Part shown: in pieces, positions 28,390 to 42,437 of the stretch | Layout: each line of letters begins with the position of its first letter | Position numbering within the stretch: the first letter of the stretch is position 1 | NCBI RefSeq assembly: GCF_009914755.1 | Contig: NC_060937.1 | Direction: 5' to 3' (one strand) | Length of the DNA: 64,000 bases | Source of the DNA: the human T2T-CHM13v2.0 reference genome, Homo sapiens | The notes under the pieces: generated by a model | What the model was told of the DNA's origin: nothing | The model's database searches: none | What the model saw: the letters and a program-made list of their open reading frames with translations, nothing else | Translations under genes and position numbers: made by a program

Positions 28390-28540
28390 CCACCACCACC
28401 ATTATTGGTGCAAGGCATTAGAGTGAACCTTTATCTGCATTGTTGTCTTTAACTCTCATAACAACTCTGTGAAGTGGGTCTGATTGTAATTTACAGATGA
28501 GAAGGCCAAGGCTTAGAAATAAAGTACCTCACCCTGTATC
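28390..28540 (-). mobile_element. MIR
   Basis: TTTAACTCTCATAACAACTCTGTGAAG..TTTACAGATGAGAAGGCCAAGGCTTAGA. Confidence 0.7.
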
Positions 28541-29589
28541 CTCAATCGCTTCTGTCTGGTGGAACTAGGGAAAACCAGCACGCAGAGATGTGACCTCTGG
28601 TCTGACTCAGCCCTCTGTAGTATGGAGCTTGTTCCTTTGGTGTCTGACCGTACATACAAACAGGCACACCCTGCATTGAATCACATCAGATTTAATGTTC
28701 CTTGCTGGCATTGTTGTTGATAAACATTTTTCATTGTATTCTAAGTAAGGGCATTTAGTGAGGAGGAGGCTCTTGGCATTGTCACTCACTTTGCTGTTTT
28801 TCTGGATGCCTGGAAGCTCTGTTTTTATGTTAAGCAAAGTTTTAACTTTGTAAGACTTTAAGGAATTTTTGAGCAAGATGATTCTCCCCGTGTGCACTTT
28901 AAAACAGCTGACTCGAGTGCTCTAACAGCTAGAGCTCTTAAGAATTTGTGGCTGGTTATGGCAAGGTATTGGTGGTGGTGTTGGCATAAAGATGTAACAT
29001 GTGCTTGCTGTATTAATAATTCAATCCATATGCCGTCTTCTCATTTTTGTAGAAGATAAAAGAAGTGCACATGTCCAATCAAGAATATTAAGGAAGAGTG
29101 AATTGGAGAAAGTACAAAATTGAACACACAAGTACATGAGAGAAAAGCTGTTCTCTCTCAAAGGCTAAATGTGTTCTTAGAATGTAAAATGGCTTGTAAC
29201 TAACCCTAGACATACAGAACAAACAATGTAGAATCAATGCTGAAAATTAATTTTTAAAAGCCCTCAAGTCATTGCCAAAACTGTTGTCTCTCTTTAAGTA
29301 CCGTACAGCAGAAGAGAAACTGTCTTTAAAATCTTTCTACCTGGATAAACTCAATGGACTTTGCAGAAAGATAAATGGGAAATCAAGCATTTGTATGAAC
29401 TGGGAATATAGATGATTAATGTTCGCATTGAGCCTGAGGCAGGTGGATCTTCACAGTATGTGCTCGTGGCAGGGCTGGACATGGGCCATCCTGTTCTATC
29501 AGGGCTTCTGATGCACCTACTTCACTTTAGAGATGAGCCTCCTGACACGGTTGTTTAGACTCACTGCCTCTCCAGCCCCTCCTGCTCAC

Positions 29590-30020
29590 ACACAGCTCAG
29601 TCCCCAGAATCCTGGCTTCCATTCCCATGATTTCATTGAATCTGCCTTCTGGATTTCATTGAATCTGCCTTCTGGGCCATCACCAGTGACCTGCTTGCCA
29701 AACCAGAGATGATTTTCCTCTTCAATCTCATCACTTCTGTGCACCTACGATGCCCTTGGAGCCTCTCCTCCCTCGGCATCGCTTTTTCCTGGTTCCTCTG
29801 AGTTGCAATGGCTCCTCCTCAGTGTCTACTGTTGGCTCCTTTTTTTTTTTTTTTTTACATCCCCTTAAGTGTAGTCTAAGTTGAATCCTTGGTCATCTCA
29901 TCCAAAACTAAACCTAATGCACAGATGACTCCAGCCCATATGTGAAAACCAGGTAAACTCGCAAACTCTATATGTGGGGTTCCTTTAGCATTTTAAGCTG
30001 AACCTGTCCAACATTGATCC
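29590..30020 (+). mobile_element. L2 internal fragment containing a 23-bp tandem duplication (29629-29674)
   Basis: CCTGGCTTCC..TCACCAGTGACC..TTGCCAAA..GCAGATGACTCC-type L2 motifs; GATTTCATTGAATCTGCCTTCTG x2. Confidence 0.6.
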
Positions 30021-30200
30021 CGTAGATCTTGTCTCTATGAATTTATAGATTTTCATAGGGATCACCGATATTTTGATAATGTCCAGTTTTTTTAATCCAA
30101 GGCAATGGTGAGTTATTTGACCATTTTCTGGATAACGTCATGATCATTAGGTTGAAGTGTAGAAGATTGTATGTTGGTGTTGGAAGGCCAAGTGGGGGAC

Positions 30201-30808
30201 TGTAGTGGACATTTGTCAAGGTTTCAGCTGCTCTGTACTGTTCACCTTGCAATTTAAAAAAAATTTCTAGGTTTGTGAATCCCACTACCCCAAGATAGAA
30301 CTGAGAAAACTCACCATGCCAGCCTCTTCATCAACTAGGGCCCAGGCAAGTGGCTTATGCGCCATCAGTCAGACTCACCTGCATGTAATTTTGTTACTTG
30401 TTTTCTATTTGATACAATATAAATATCTGTCTATACCTATCTGTCATATGTTAGAAATTTGAAGGAGGAAGTTCCACATGGAATTCATTTTTGCCTGTGA
30501 CAGTGGCAGCTGAGGCATGCAGTTCTTGGGAGTGGCAGTCTGTCCTCACACACAGGTGACATTGGTGCCGGTGGCCATAGCAGCTACTGCCACATTTGAG
30601 TAAGTGGACTTTAGGCCAGTCCTTAAAGCTTTTAGGACTTAGTGAGGTCAATGGCATGGTTTTCTCATCAGGCCTTTACTGCAGCATGATTTTGGGTCTT
30701 TCCTGGAAGTTTGGCCTTGAGCCTAGTTCTCAAGCCATCTAATATCTTTTAAATAAACTTCTCTCCTGCTAGTTTCTGTTGCTTGCAACAAGAACCTTGA
30801 CTAACACC
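30201..30808 (+). mobile_element. Old ERVL LTR (LTR33-like)
   Basis: Starts TGTAGTGGAC; ends AATAAACTTCT..TTTCTGTTGCTTGCAACAAGAACCTTGACTAACA. Confidence 0.65.
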
Positions 30809-31032
30809 TCAGGGAGATGTGGGAGGGAGAAATAGTCTGAAACACCATGAATATTCAGGCAGGCTGTGAACTGAGCACCTCTGGTGTGCCAGTTACGTAG
30901 ACCAAGACATAAATGGAAATTCTTGGAGATGTGCAGCCTTGCACACCACAATAAACTTTGCTGCTGTACAGCTGCTACTCCCTGTCTCTACCCTGATTCT
31001 TATTTCACATTGTAATTTACACTTAGCACTTC

Positions 31033-31490
31033 TTAAAAATTTGTGGTAAGATGCACATACATTTTCGATCTTAATTATTTTTAAGCATACAGTTTAGTAA
31101 TGTTAAGTGCATTCACATTTGTACATCCAATCTTCAGGACATCTTGAAGATCTGAAACTGTCTTCATTAAACCACTATTGTCTATGCCCGTTTCTCCCCA
31201 GCCCCTGGCAACCATCCTTCTACTTCCTGTCTCTATGAATTTGCCTACTCTAGGTACCTCATATAAGTGGAATCACACAGTATTTGTCCTTTTGTAACAG
31301 GTTTATTTAACTCAAGGTTCATCCACGTGGTAGCATGTGCTAGGATTTCCTTCCTTTTTTAAGGCTGAATAATATTCTGTTGTATGAATGGACCACATTT
31401 TTTTTTTACCATTCATCCATTGATGGACACTTGGGTTGCTTCCACCTTTTGGCTATTGTGAATAGTATGGCTATGAACCTGGGTGTATAT
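31033..31490 (-). mobile_element. L1MB 3' end
   Basis: CCCCAGCCCCTGGCAACCA..TCTAGGTACCTCATATAAGTGGAATCA..TGGACACTTGGGTTGCTTCCACCTTTTGGC; flanked by CTTAGCAC repeats at 31022 and 31492. Confidence 0.88.
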
Positions 31491-31524
31491 GCTTAGCACA
31501 TTTAATTGTACTCATGATGACTGT

Positions 31525-31708
31525 CCCTTATGCAGCACTTACTAGGTATCAGGCACTGCTCTAACACACATTAACTCCTTAAATCTTGCACCAATCCTGT
31601 GAGTTAGGAGTTATTATTATCTAAATTTTACCAATGAGGAGTAAAGTGATTAAAAAAAAACCCTTGTAGGAATTAGGGAACTTGCTCAAATAACTGAATC
31701 CTGGTGGC
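31525..31708 (-). mobile_element. MIR
   Basis: GCACTTACTAGGTATCAGGCACTG..ATCCTGTGAGTTAGG..ATTTTACCAATGAGG. Confidence 0.65.
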
Positions 31709-32107
31709 CATTGAAAGAAAAACTTCAGACAATTGGATTTAGCAGAGTTTAATTGAGCAGAGGAAGATTCTTGAATTGGGCAGCACAACCTCCTGTTAGC
31801 CAGCCAGAATAGGTTTGGAGCAACTCCATGCTGCCACGTGGTCAGAGAGGATTTCTAGACAGAAAAAGGAAGGAGACATACAGGAAAGGGAAGTGAGGCA
31901 CAGACATAGCTAGGCTGGGTGCAGTTTGGCATTTGCCTTATTTGAACAGTTGGCTGCCTGTGATTGGCGAAACTCTGTGATTGATGCAAAGTAAGTTACA
32001 GTCTGTTTACACCTGCAGTTTGGTTATGTTTTCCTCTGTATGGAAAAACCCTTAGGCCAAGGTTAGAATATGTGAGGAGGCACCTTTAGGCCATACTTAA
32101 CTGAACA
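31709..32107 (-). mobile_element. Solo ERV1 LTR, MER57 family
   Basis: The minus strand starts TGTTCAGTTAAGTATGGCCTAAAGGTGCCTCCTCACATATT and contains TGTAAACAGACTGTAAC, CCAATCACAGGCAGCCAACTGTTCAAATAAGGCAAA and CTCAATTAAACTCTG. Confidence 0.85.
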
Positions 32108-32147
32108 TGGTAGACCCAGGTCCTGTGCCCCAGTCCTGCTCTGCTAG

Positions 32148-32396
32148 AGGCCTTTCTTGACCACCCAGTTACTCTTCATCACAGCACTATTTTAAATCTG
32201 TATGTAGCTACTATTACTCTCTAACATTTTAGTATTAATTTAGTTTTTCTTCATAGTTAATCTCCCACTAAAATATCAGTTCTATGAAAGCACAGACCTC
32301 ATGCTTATTTTACATAATTATATCTCCAGAGCCTGGATCTCGGTTTGGCAAATAGTAGTCACTCAGTAAATATTTGTTGGCTGAAATAATGAATAA
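32148..32396 (+). mobile_element. L2 3' end
   Basis: CTCCCACTA..CTATGAAAGCA..ATAGTAGTCACTCAGTAAATATTTGTTG. Confidence 0.7.
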
Positions 32397-34249
32397 GCCT
32401 GGGCAACAGAAAGTCTTGTAATAATAAAAGTAAAAATAAAACAAATGTTAATAAAGGGGAAAAATCTTTTCATTAAGCCAAGGGTTTAAATAAACTCAAG
32501 ACTTAATTAGAATTGCTAAAATGTCCTATTTTTTTCAAATGACCCCATGACATTTTGATACCAGCTAGCTGGGTTTGCTGATGAGATTAGTCATAATGCT
32601 GGCACTGTTTCTACTTCACAGAACTGGAAAAGTTATGACAACGTTGCTTATCCTGCTTTTTAAAAGTTAAGTATTTAGTTCAAAGAAACATGACTGTTGT
32701 CTGTAATTTCAGCTGGAGGTAAAATGAGTGACAGTTTTTCACCTTGACCTCCAATTCTGGAGTGCAAAAAAAGTGGACGGGAAGCACTGTTCTTTCTGCC
32801 GCTGGTCTTGCAGCAGCCTGTGGGTGGAAAGGAGAGCTGGGCCTGAAAGCATTTGCCGCCACGCTGTCTCCCTTTATTGATGTCTCTCTCCTGGGAGAAG
32901 AGAGATTTCTATAGAAGAAATAATTTCTGCAGAAGAATTAGGACCAAAAATAGTCTAGAATGGGGGAAAAAACTAAATCTAGCAAATCATGCGGTGGAAA
33001 CACCTTCTGTTTCCATTGATATCTTAAGAATGTGCTGCCCAAACTAAGCTGACCATTTTGTTTTCCTCTCACACGGAAACACGTTTCCCCACTTGTAAAA
33101 TAGAGAAAAGAGGACTTTGAAATTCATTAAGGTAATAAGCACCACTGATGTGCATTCTTGACTGAGAAGTTCTTAGAAATTCTTGAGGAAAACAACAGAA
33201 ACAGCAGTGTACATGCTTTTATCATTTAAGAACTGCCACAGGTGCAGTTCTTAAAAGTTGATTATTAACTATGCAGCCTGAACTCCTGGGAAATGAGTGG
33301 TTTATCTTTGTGTGCCAGGTTATAGCCCCGTGCCTGGCAGACTCTCCGTCCCTGAGTGACAGACTAAGGGATGATGAAATAAATCAATGGGAAAGCACAT
33401 CTGCAACTGGGCAAGGACGAGGGGAACAGACAATGAAAACAGCTGTCCCAAAGGATGGCCAAGTGCCTGGATTTGTTTTTGATGTTTTGCTTCTCAATTG
33501 TTGTTTTGATATTATTTGTGCCAAAAGTGAAACAAAGCTCCTCGTTAACTGAGAAGAGTGAATATGAACGAAGCAGCAGACCCCGGGACAGGAAACCAGG
33601 CCACTGAGGGTCTTGTGGCTCTGGTGACCCGGGGTCTGGGGTGGTGCTGTGGGGGATGCAAAATGCAGAAACGAAGACAATGGGGACACAGGGAGGTGCA
33701 AGGACAGGGAAGGAAGGAAGGATCCGCTCACAAGAAGAGAAAACACCTAGAGACAAAAGAGAGTCACTCTTATGTAAAAGGAAGTTACCCCCAGAAAAGC
33801 AGGTGGAAGTCAAGCAGAAGGCAGTCCCAGGGGGCGTGTTCCAGCAAGGTCCTCTTACATGCAGGGTGGACAGGAGTCCCCTAGTCCTCTTGGATTCACG
33901 GCCAGATGGGCTGACACAGTCATTGCAGCAGATCGGCTCTTCAACCTCGCCTTATTCCTAAGACAGGCTTTCCAGGGGGATACGGCAAAGTCCTTCCCTT
34001 TGATTCATATGTTGTTGAGGGGACCCTGGGTTTCTTAACGAGCCAGTTTTCATTATTATTATTTTTGTTAAAATACGATCTCTGGTGGCTTAGAAGAAAA
34101 TAAAAGAATGTCTGGGAAGGGCACCACACATCACAGTTGAACTTAATAGCAAATAGCTGTTTCTACCATGCAGGCCATGCCTTAGGGTTCCATTCCATAA
34201 GTTATCTGGAACATGGAACAAATTTTCCTACGAGAAATAGCCCCAGTCC

Positions 34250-34297
34250 TGGCGACAGAGCGAGACTCCATGTCAAAAAAAAAAAAAAAAAAAAAAA
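34250..34297 (+). mobile_element. Extremely 5'-truncated Alu (~25 nt plus poly(A))
   Basis: TGGCGACAGAGCGAGACTCCATGTC(A)23, flanked by AAA(T/G)AGCCC(C)AGTCC. Confidence 0.85.
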
Positions 34298-34435
34298 GAG
34301 CCCAGTCCACAAGAGCTGGTTTAATTCACAGTAGAGGTTAACTATAGTTACAGGAGCCATGTTCTCTGAACCCAAAATTGGGATCCATGAGTTGACAAGT
34401 ACATGTGATCATACTGGAACGAAAGAACAGATATA

Positions 34436-34648
34436 GTACACACGGACATAAAGATGGAAATAATAGATGCTCAGGAATCCAAAATGGGGGAAGAAGGGAG
34501 TGGGTGAGGGATGAAAAATTTCCTATCAGGTACAATCACCATTTGGAGAATGGACACTGGAAGCCCAGTCCCCACCAGTACACAAGATACCCCGTAACAA
34601 ACATGCACAGGGATCTGCTGGATCTAAAATAAAATTTAAAAAAAAAAG
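34436..34648 (+). mobile_element. L1PB/L1MA 3' terminus
   Basis: GTACACACGGACATAAAGATGGAAATAATAG..GAGGGATGAAAAATT..GTAACAAACATGCAC..TCTAAAATAAAA. Confidence 0.8.
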
Positions 34649-35254
34649 ACAAAACAGAATATGGAATTTGGATTCATATTGGAAGATTCAGGTCACAGTG
34701 TATTATAGAGCAGCACACACTATGCTGTAGGCCCCAGGACCGTGTATAATCCATACTTCTACAGGAAAATGCATGCCCATCTCCAATATTAGGTGCAGGT
34801 TACATTCCTCCTCTTGCTGTCCAACCCCATGGCTTGAAACCTCGGGAGGTGGTCCCACTGCTGTTGTGAGAACTGGTCTGCTCTGGGGCCCACAACTCTT
34901 TGTTCCCTTGGTTGGTCCCACATCCTTCTCTCTTGCAGGCCCTGTCCCACCCCAGGCTTGATCTCAGCCTTGATCTGAGGACCTTCAAGGCTTGGCCTGC
35001 GATTGTCAGCTTCTTGCTCACCCCACACTAACTTTGCAAACCGGTCCCAGCGTCCATGAGTTTTCATGGAGTTTCCCAGTCCCACCACTTGATGCCTGCT
35101 CTCCTCCTGCACGTGTGTCAGAGCTCTGCACAGCTGCCTGCCTGCCACCTGCTCGCCCCCACAGCAGTGCCAGCCTAGCTCACCTGCAAATACCAAAGAC
35201 CTTCAGCCAAGAGACTTGGTGCTGCCCACCCTCATACCAAGCAGGATCAAGAGA

Positions 35255-35530
35255 GGCAAAACTTTGGAGCCAGACACGCCTCTGTTTGAGTTCTGACCCA
35301 ACCATTTACTAGTTTTCCTGTGTTTGAAATGGGCATGATAGTAGTTTTGATATTTTTGGTGTTTGCCAAATACCATGGTAAGGGCTTTACAGATGGTAGC
35401 TCATTGAAGACTCACAGTAACAGTCTGAAGTATATGCTGTTACTGTCTCATTTACAAATGAGAAAACAGGCCTGGGGCACTTCACTAATTAAGACATACT
35501 TTTAGTGACTAGTGGAGCCAAGTTTCTGAC
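35255..35530. mobile_element. Adjacent MIR fragments (+ then -)
   Basis: TTTGGAGCCAGAC..TTTGAGTTCTG (+); CTCATTTACAAATGAGAAAAC (-). Confidence 0.55.
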
Positions 35531-35819
35531 ATAATGTGACTTTAAGTATGCTCACTTAACCTCTAGAAATAATGTGAGTGAGGGTCCCAGCATGGTGCTG
35601 ACAGCAGCAGGCCTGGGCAGTTGTTATTTGTTGTTACTCTCAGTCTAGATCTCCATTTCCCAGTAGGTGTGTTTAGGAAGCAGTTGTCGCCCTAGTCCAT
35701 AAAGTCATACTCTTAAGTGCATAACTCTGCTGTCAATAGCCCATCAGTGTACATTCACCTTCCCATTCCATGCCAAGGCTGTTATCCCAGTTGTGTGATG
35801 GGGTTCAGCCCTGGCTTGC

Positions 35820-36460
35820 TCATTCATTTATTCATTCATCCCCCCATTCAGTCAATGACTAAATAGACATCCTGTATCCTCATTTACCATGCTGGGTACT
35901 GTGGACCCAACAGTTTGGGAGATGGGCACAGCTTCTTGGTAATTACCATTCAGTGGAAAAACAGACAACTGTATCATCACCCAATATATGAAATTCCAAC
36001 TGGGAATTGTTCTAAAGGAAGATGTAGGGCACAGTTCACCGGATTTGGCCTAACCAGAAAATTGGAGAGGGCTTCTTGGAGGAGGTGGTACTGATCTGAT
36101 AACGGAGGATGAGTAGGAGGCAGTGGCAGAAGGGAAGAGGGGGAGCAGTTCGGGGGAGGGCAGCGGGTGCCTAGGCCCTGAGGCATGTGGGAACACGGGA
36201 TGTAGATGGCCCACATGGCTGCAGGAGAGACTTTGGGTGTGAAGTAGAACTGGAGATGTAAACAGGATCCAGCCATCCAGGGCCTTGTCCGCTACGGTGC
36301 AGTTTTATTGGTAAACCAAGAACACTGGGAAACTGTTGAATGAGGTGAAACAGAGCTGAGGGGGTGACATGATCCACGCTACTCTGAAAAGATCACCCTG
36401 GTTTCTTGCTGCAGAATGGATTGCAGAGAAGTCAGAGATGGAGCAGAGCAGAGGACTCCC
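35820..36460 (-). mobile_element. L2
   Basis: CATTCATTTATTCATTCA tail..GGGCTTCTTGGAGGAGGTG..GAAAAGATCACCCTGG..GAATGGATTG. Confidence 0.8.
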
Positions 36461-38537
36461 GGTCTGGGCTTTTCCATTTGAAAGACTCTGGCTGAACTTT
36501 CCCTGCTACCTGGTTGCAGATTGCTTTCAGAGTCTTGTCTAGAAGTTTCAGCTGATGATCCCGACCTGAGACTAGGCAGGATGGGCAAATGCTAGTAATA
36601 CAGGGGGGTCCTGACGGCTTGAGGGAGAGACTTTTCCTGCCAAGTATGGGGTCCAGTTCTTTCCTGGGCTCTACTTTATTTTCTTTCTTTCTTCTTTTTT
36701 ATCTAAAATCTCCCTTGGCACAGTGCTAGTGTGCAATTATATATCATTAGTTACAGCCTCCTGCCTACATTAGGTCTCTGGACTCATCTTATAGAATTGC
36801 AATTTTGTACTTTCTGATTACATCTCCCCATTTCCCCTCTCACCTTTTGGGCCTTACTTGACTCTCCCGTGAGGATGGGGATACTCATACACTGTCTACA
36901 GTAAGTCACAAAGTCAACCCGTGTCCCAACCAGCATATCTGAAGATGCTGACTTTCAAGTTAAGGTCTAACAGCATTTCTTGCTTAGGAATTGATTTGTA
37001 GTTTTAAACTCCAGTGCCTCAAAATGGAAATGAAACCAAAATTAGAAGGAATTTTATATTAAAATATTCAACATCACCCAGCTGGAGAAGTGAGAAAGTG
37101 AACTGTGAATTATGAAGAAATTACTTCTTGGGTCTTTTATCTAAAACAGGCAAATCTAAATCTCAAAGCCTTTTAACCCCAGTGTTCTTCTTTGCCATAA
37201 AAGGATTCTTCTCCTTCACATGACCGTATGTCAAAACAGCAGCGCCTAGAATCAAATTCCTGAAACACACCCCAGTAAGGTTTACTGCTGTAAACAAATG
37301 GCTCAGGACATCACAGCAAGTGGGAACATTCCCTGCTATGGAATGAATGGGCTGTGAAGAGAATAAGCAGGAACCAACGACTTACTAGAAATGAGAACAA
37401 AAGCTTTGGCGGCTTGGGCCCAAGTCACCTTGACACCATCACATGCATCATCACTCAAAATGAATAAAACACTCAAAAGCTACAATCTTGCCACATAAAT
37501 ACAGAATTGGTGGGAAGGGAGGATGGGGATCACTGCGCACACACAGCAGGTGGGAAGTCAAGCCAGTCAGGCTGGACTCTGGGACCCATTAGTGTGGACA
37601 GGCCGCACACCACCTAAGAAGGTAACTTCCCCTTAAATTTGCAGGTAGATCTGAGATTTCATCGGTGGCCTTGATGTCACAGAGTATCAGTGACACTGTA
37701 TGACATATTGTACACCTCAGCCTGTAGGTAACAGTGTAGGGCACAGACTCATCTTCTGTGCCCTATGGCATGTGGAACGTCCATCGCACATGTTAATGTT
37801 GTGCATTACTGTATGCCTCGTGGGCTGTTCTTTAATCATTTTGTTTCTTGGAGTCTTATCTTCCTCCAAAGAGTTAGGCAACTCTCTTGACATTTGGGAA
37901 ACCACTTCCAGTGCACCTCTCTTCTGTCCCCTCACCTCCTGGAAACACACGTACCTCCTAATAAGTTCCCAATGCTCCCTTTTGTCATTCCGAGGGTTCT
38001 GTCATCCTCTGGTAAGGAAAGGAGGAAAATACCTGCATGAATATCAACAAGTTTTGTTCTATTCATTCATCTAAGCATTTATTTCCTGTCTATTATATGC
38101 TTGGTGCTGTGGATGTAAAGATGAGTGAACACATAGTGTTACTGTCAAAGACCTCCATTTTGTCCTTGCTGTTGGCCTAATTGATGCAATAATTTGACTC
38201 CTTTCAGGTAGATCTGTCCAAGTCATGCATGAGAGACCACCACTTTTTTGGTTTTTGGAGGGGACAAAAAGTGAAGAGTTGAGTTAATCATACAAAGTTC
38301 ACCGGTAATCTATATGAGGCCCTTCTCTTATTTTATTTTATTTTATTATCTTTTTTTCCCACTTCTTTATACTCCCCACTGTCATTCACTCTTCTCCTCC
38401 CAGCCTAAGCACTTATGTCCTTGGATATGTATGCATCTGTGAAATATAGTGTTGTAGCATGTCTGTAAGTATCATAAACTCACATCAATAGTATGAGGCT
38501 GTAGGTCTCATTCTATTTCTTACTAAAAAAAAAAGCT

Positions 38538-38708
38538 GGCCCAGTGTGATGACTCATGCATGTAATCGCAGCACTTTGGGAGGTCAAGGCAGAAGGATTG
38601 CTTGAGCGCAGGAGTTCAAGGCTGTAGTGAGCTATGATTGCACAACTGCACTGCAGCCTGGGTGACAGCACAAGACTCTCTGTCTCTTAAAAAATAAATA
38701 AATAAAAA
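38538..38708 (+). mobile_element. Alu monomer (FRAM/AluJ-derived) within old L1M remnants
   Basis: GGATTGCTTGAGCGCAGGAGTTCAAGGCTGTAGTGAGCTATGATTGC..AAATAAATAAA. Confidence 0.8.
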
Positions 38709-39550
38709 GTAAGCATAAATTTAAAAAAAAATTAAAAATTGCACACTATGTTTTAAAGACCACTGGATGTTGCTGGCAGTCCTGGAGCTCATTCCCCTGT
38801 CGGCTTCACAGCCATTTTTCACCATTTTTCTCTTCTGTCCCCCTGGGTTAAACCCCAGGTTGCCTTTCACTTTCCACGCCCACAGACAATGCTGGAATAA
38901 GTTACCTGGGCCCTGTTCCCTGGTGCTGGTGCTCTCTGGGAGTCTATTCCCAGGAGTGGGATTGATGAGCCATAGGTCATATGCATATCTATTTATTTCA
39001 CTGAGTGCTGCTGTATTGGTCTCGAATGGCTGCACCATTTGCACTCATGCCAGCAGACTTATACTTCATTTTATCAGGATGGAACCTGGAATCATAGCAA
39101 GGATGATGTCCGCTGCCACTTACTGCAATCTACTGTGTGCCAACCTCTATGCTAGTTGCTAGTTGCTTGACATGCGGGATCCAAAATACATCTTTGCAAG
39201 GATAGCAATATCTCTTCAACAGGGGAGGACGCTGAGGTTCAGAAAGAGTGAGCTACTCTCTCATAAGCACGTAAGTGTTCTGTGGCAGGGGCAGGCTTGA
39301 CCTGATGTCAGTCACTGGTGCTGAGCTCGGAGTGATTTGAAAGGCATATATTAACAAATGCACCAGGTTAGCTTTATTAAAACAGCATAACTAGCTGTGA
39401 TGTCTGTGGCGGGGAGGGTAACACTGATGGAGAATTCACCTTGAGATGATTGAGTTGCTCTTTGGAGAGTTTTGTCCACCACAGTGGGATACACAGGAAG
39501 CTGTGGCCTTTTCTATACTCAACTACAGCCAAAATAAAAATAAGATCTTT

Positions 39551-39869
<319 letters not shown>

Positions 39870-41750
39870 AGATCTTTGCATTATTCCCACTTACATACAA
39901 TAAGAAAAACTTCTAGATCGTCTCAGTATGGAAGGGCTGTCTTCTTTACTTTGTAATTTTATAAGAGTAGTATTTTTTGTGTAATTTTGCCAAGTGCTTC
40001 TGACTATAAATCTAAATGTTTAATGGTTGGAATAGCCCAAGCCTTCTATGCTGGACTAGAAATGATAGCCTACAGTTGAGGGTGAAAATTCATTTGCTTA
40101 ATAAAAACTTTTCTGGATGCAAAGGTGGACAGGCATTCATTCCAGCCTTGAGGTGCTCACCAGCTGATCAGAACAGCATCAACCAGTAACTTGGGAGCCG
40201 AGTAAGTTCTCTATCAGCCAGTGGAGACCCCCTAGGGCAATAGAATAGAAAGGCACCTTTTTGCAAATGCAGTCCTCTTGCAGGCCATGAGTGACACCAG
40301 CTCTTGCCACCTGACAAAGGGCACAGACACCAAACCCTGCCCTGCCCACAGGAGTCCATTTCAACTCTACCCCATGGGCAGGTAAGGAAACTGGGCTCTG
40401 CAAGTCACAAACAAGTCAGCAGAGTCAAGGAGGGCAGGCCTGACCTCGGCCACAGGTGCTGCAGATCAGACCACATTAACCAGGAACTTGAGTTGAAGTC
40501 CAGGCGGAGCTTGCGGGGAGAATGGCTAGCTCTCTGTGGAGTTGAAGGTGGTTGGAGGTTTGTTGGGTTTCCCTAAGTTTCCAAGCCTGTTCTCCTCCAT
40601 CATTTGCTCAGAGAATAATATTACAGGTGTTGGGAGAGCTGGTTTTGTAACATTAATCAGAGTGGATTAAAAGGTTACTTTCTTCTGATTTGCCCTGAGA
40701 GGATTGCTTGGCAAATCAAGGGGAGTCACTTTTCAGACAGAAAGACTGCACTTGCTGGTTTGAAACACACTGCGCTCAGCCACATGGAGATAAGAGCAAT
40801 TCCCTTTGCTACTTTAGAATGATAAAGCTCTAACTGCTCATTTCCCGGCTGCTCCTTCCCTTGTCACTGGGGGAAAAAACCCCCGTCTGGAGATGCAGGT
40901 GCTCTTCTGACATTTTCCTTACAGCAGGGCAGGAATCCAATGAAGCATCTCATGAATTTCTGCAATATGCATGGATTTTAGGTGTGCCGTTTGCAAGAGT
41001 CACCACACCATGCCCAGCATTTCTGTTGCCTATTCTGAAAGTGGAAGGTTTTCTGGATTATAGTTTAACAAGCGTTTTTACTCCTTCTTCTCAGAAAGAG
41101 AAAGGGGGAGAAAGAGAGAGCCGTGACTAGAATTGTAATGAGCTCCCAAGCCTGATCCTAATTATCTTCCGTAACTTAGCAACAAGCGAGACGAGAGAAG
41201 AAAGCAGCTGAACAATTTAAATGCGTTGGGGAGATGTGGGTGGAAAGAGGGGAAAAGGGCCCCAGGTGCAGTCGAAGGAGGCATTCGCTGGTGGGGAAAA
41301 GGGTCTCTGTGCTTGCAGTTCTGCTTCTTTTGAGAAAGGAAGGAGGAGCTGAGCCCGCGCATGATGGAGATGCTACTTATGATGCTCCCTTAAGATGGGC
41401 AGGATGCCCGGGGAAGAAATCTGGGTTCTTCATGGTGTGTTCTGGACGTGCGAGGTACACAGGGCACTTTTTGCACCCTGACTCACTTCAGCCCTCTTAG
41501 CACCACCTGGGTTTCCTTTCAAAATGTCAGGGAAACCTGGCTTTCTGGTTTTTCTTAAAAAAAGCAACACTACACAGTTCTTCAGCTGGAGATGAATTTG
41601 TGCTGACTGCTCAGTTCTGTCCTGAGGGTCTCTGGTGGAGGACCACAGAGCTCACTTACCAGGTGTTCAGGGGGCACACCATGGCCATTTGAGTAGTTAG
41701 CAGGGCCTGTCTTCAGTGGTTTGGAATGCTGACTTTAAATCAATGAAGTG

Positions 41751-41878
41751 GCGCAGTGCAGTGGCTCACATCTGTAATCCCAACACTGTGAGAAGCCAAG
41801 AGGCAGCAGGATCGCTTGAGCCCAGAAGTTCGAGACCAGCCTGGGCAACATAGCAAGACCCGGTCTCTACAAAAATAT
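41751..41878 (+). mobile_element. FLAM
   Basis: GTGGCTCACATCTGTAATCCC..GGATCGCTTGAGCCCAG..CTGGGCAACATAGCAAGACCC. Confidence 0.85.
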
Positions 41879-42093
41879 ATATAACTATGTATATATATTT
41901 ATAAATTTGAGTATAGATTAGAGGAAACCTGCCTTGACAGCAATTTATAAGAAACATATCTGAGGACTGATGTTGAATTACCAACTAATCATAAGATGCT
42001 AGGGGCAATAAACCCCCCTAAGTCAGCCGCCTGTGTGTTCGCAGTCGCCTGGGATTCTGGGTTGGGGAGGCGGTGCCTTCGTGGTGATGTTGA

Positions 42094-42437
<344 letters not shown>

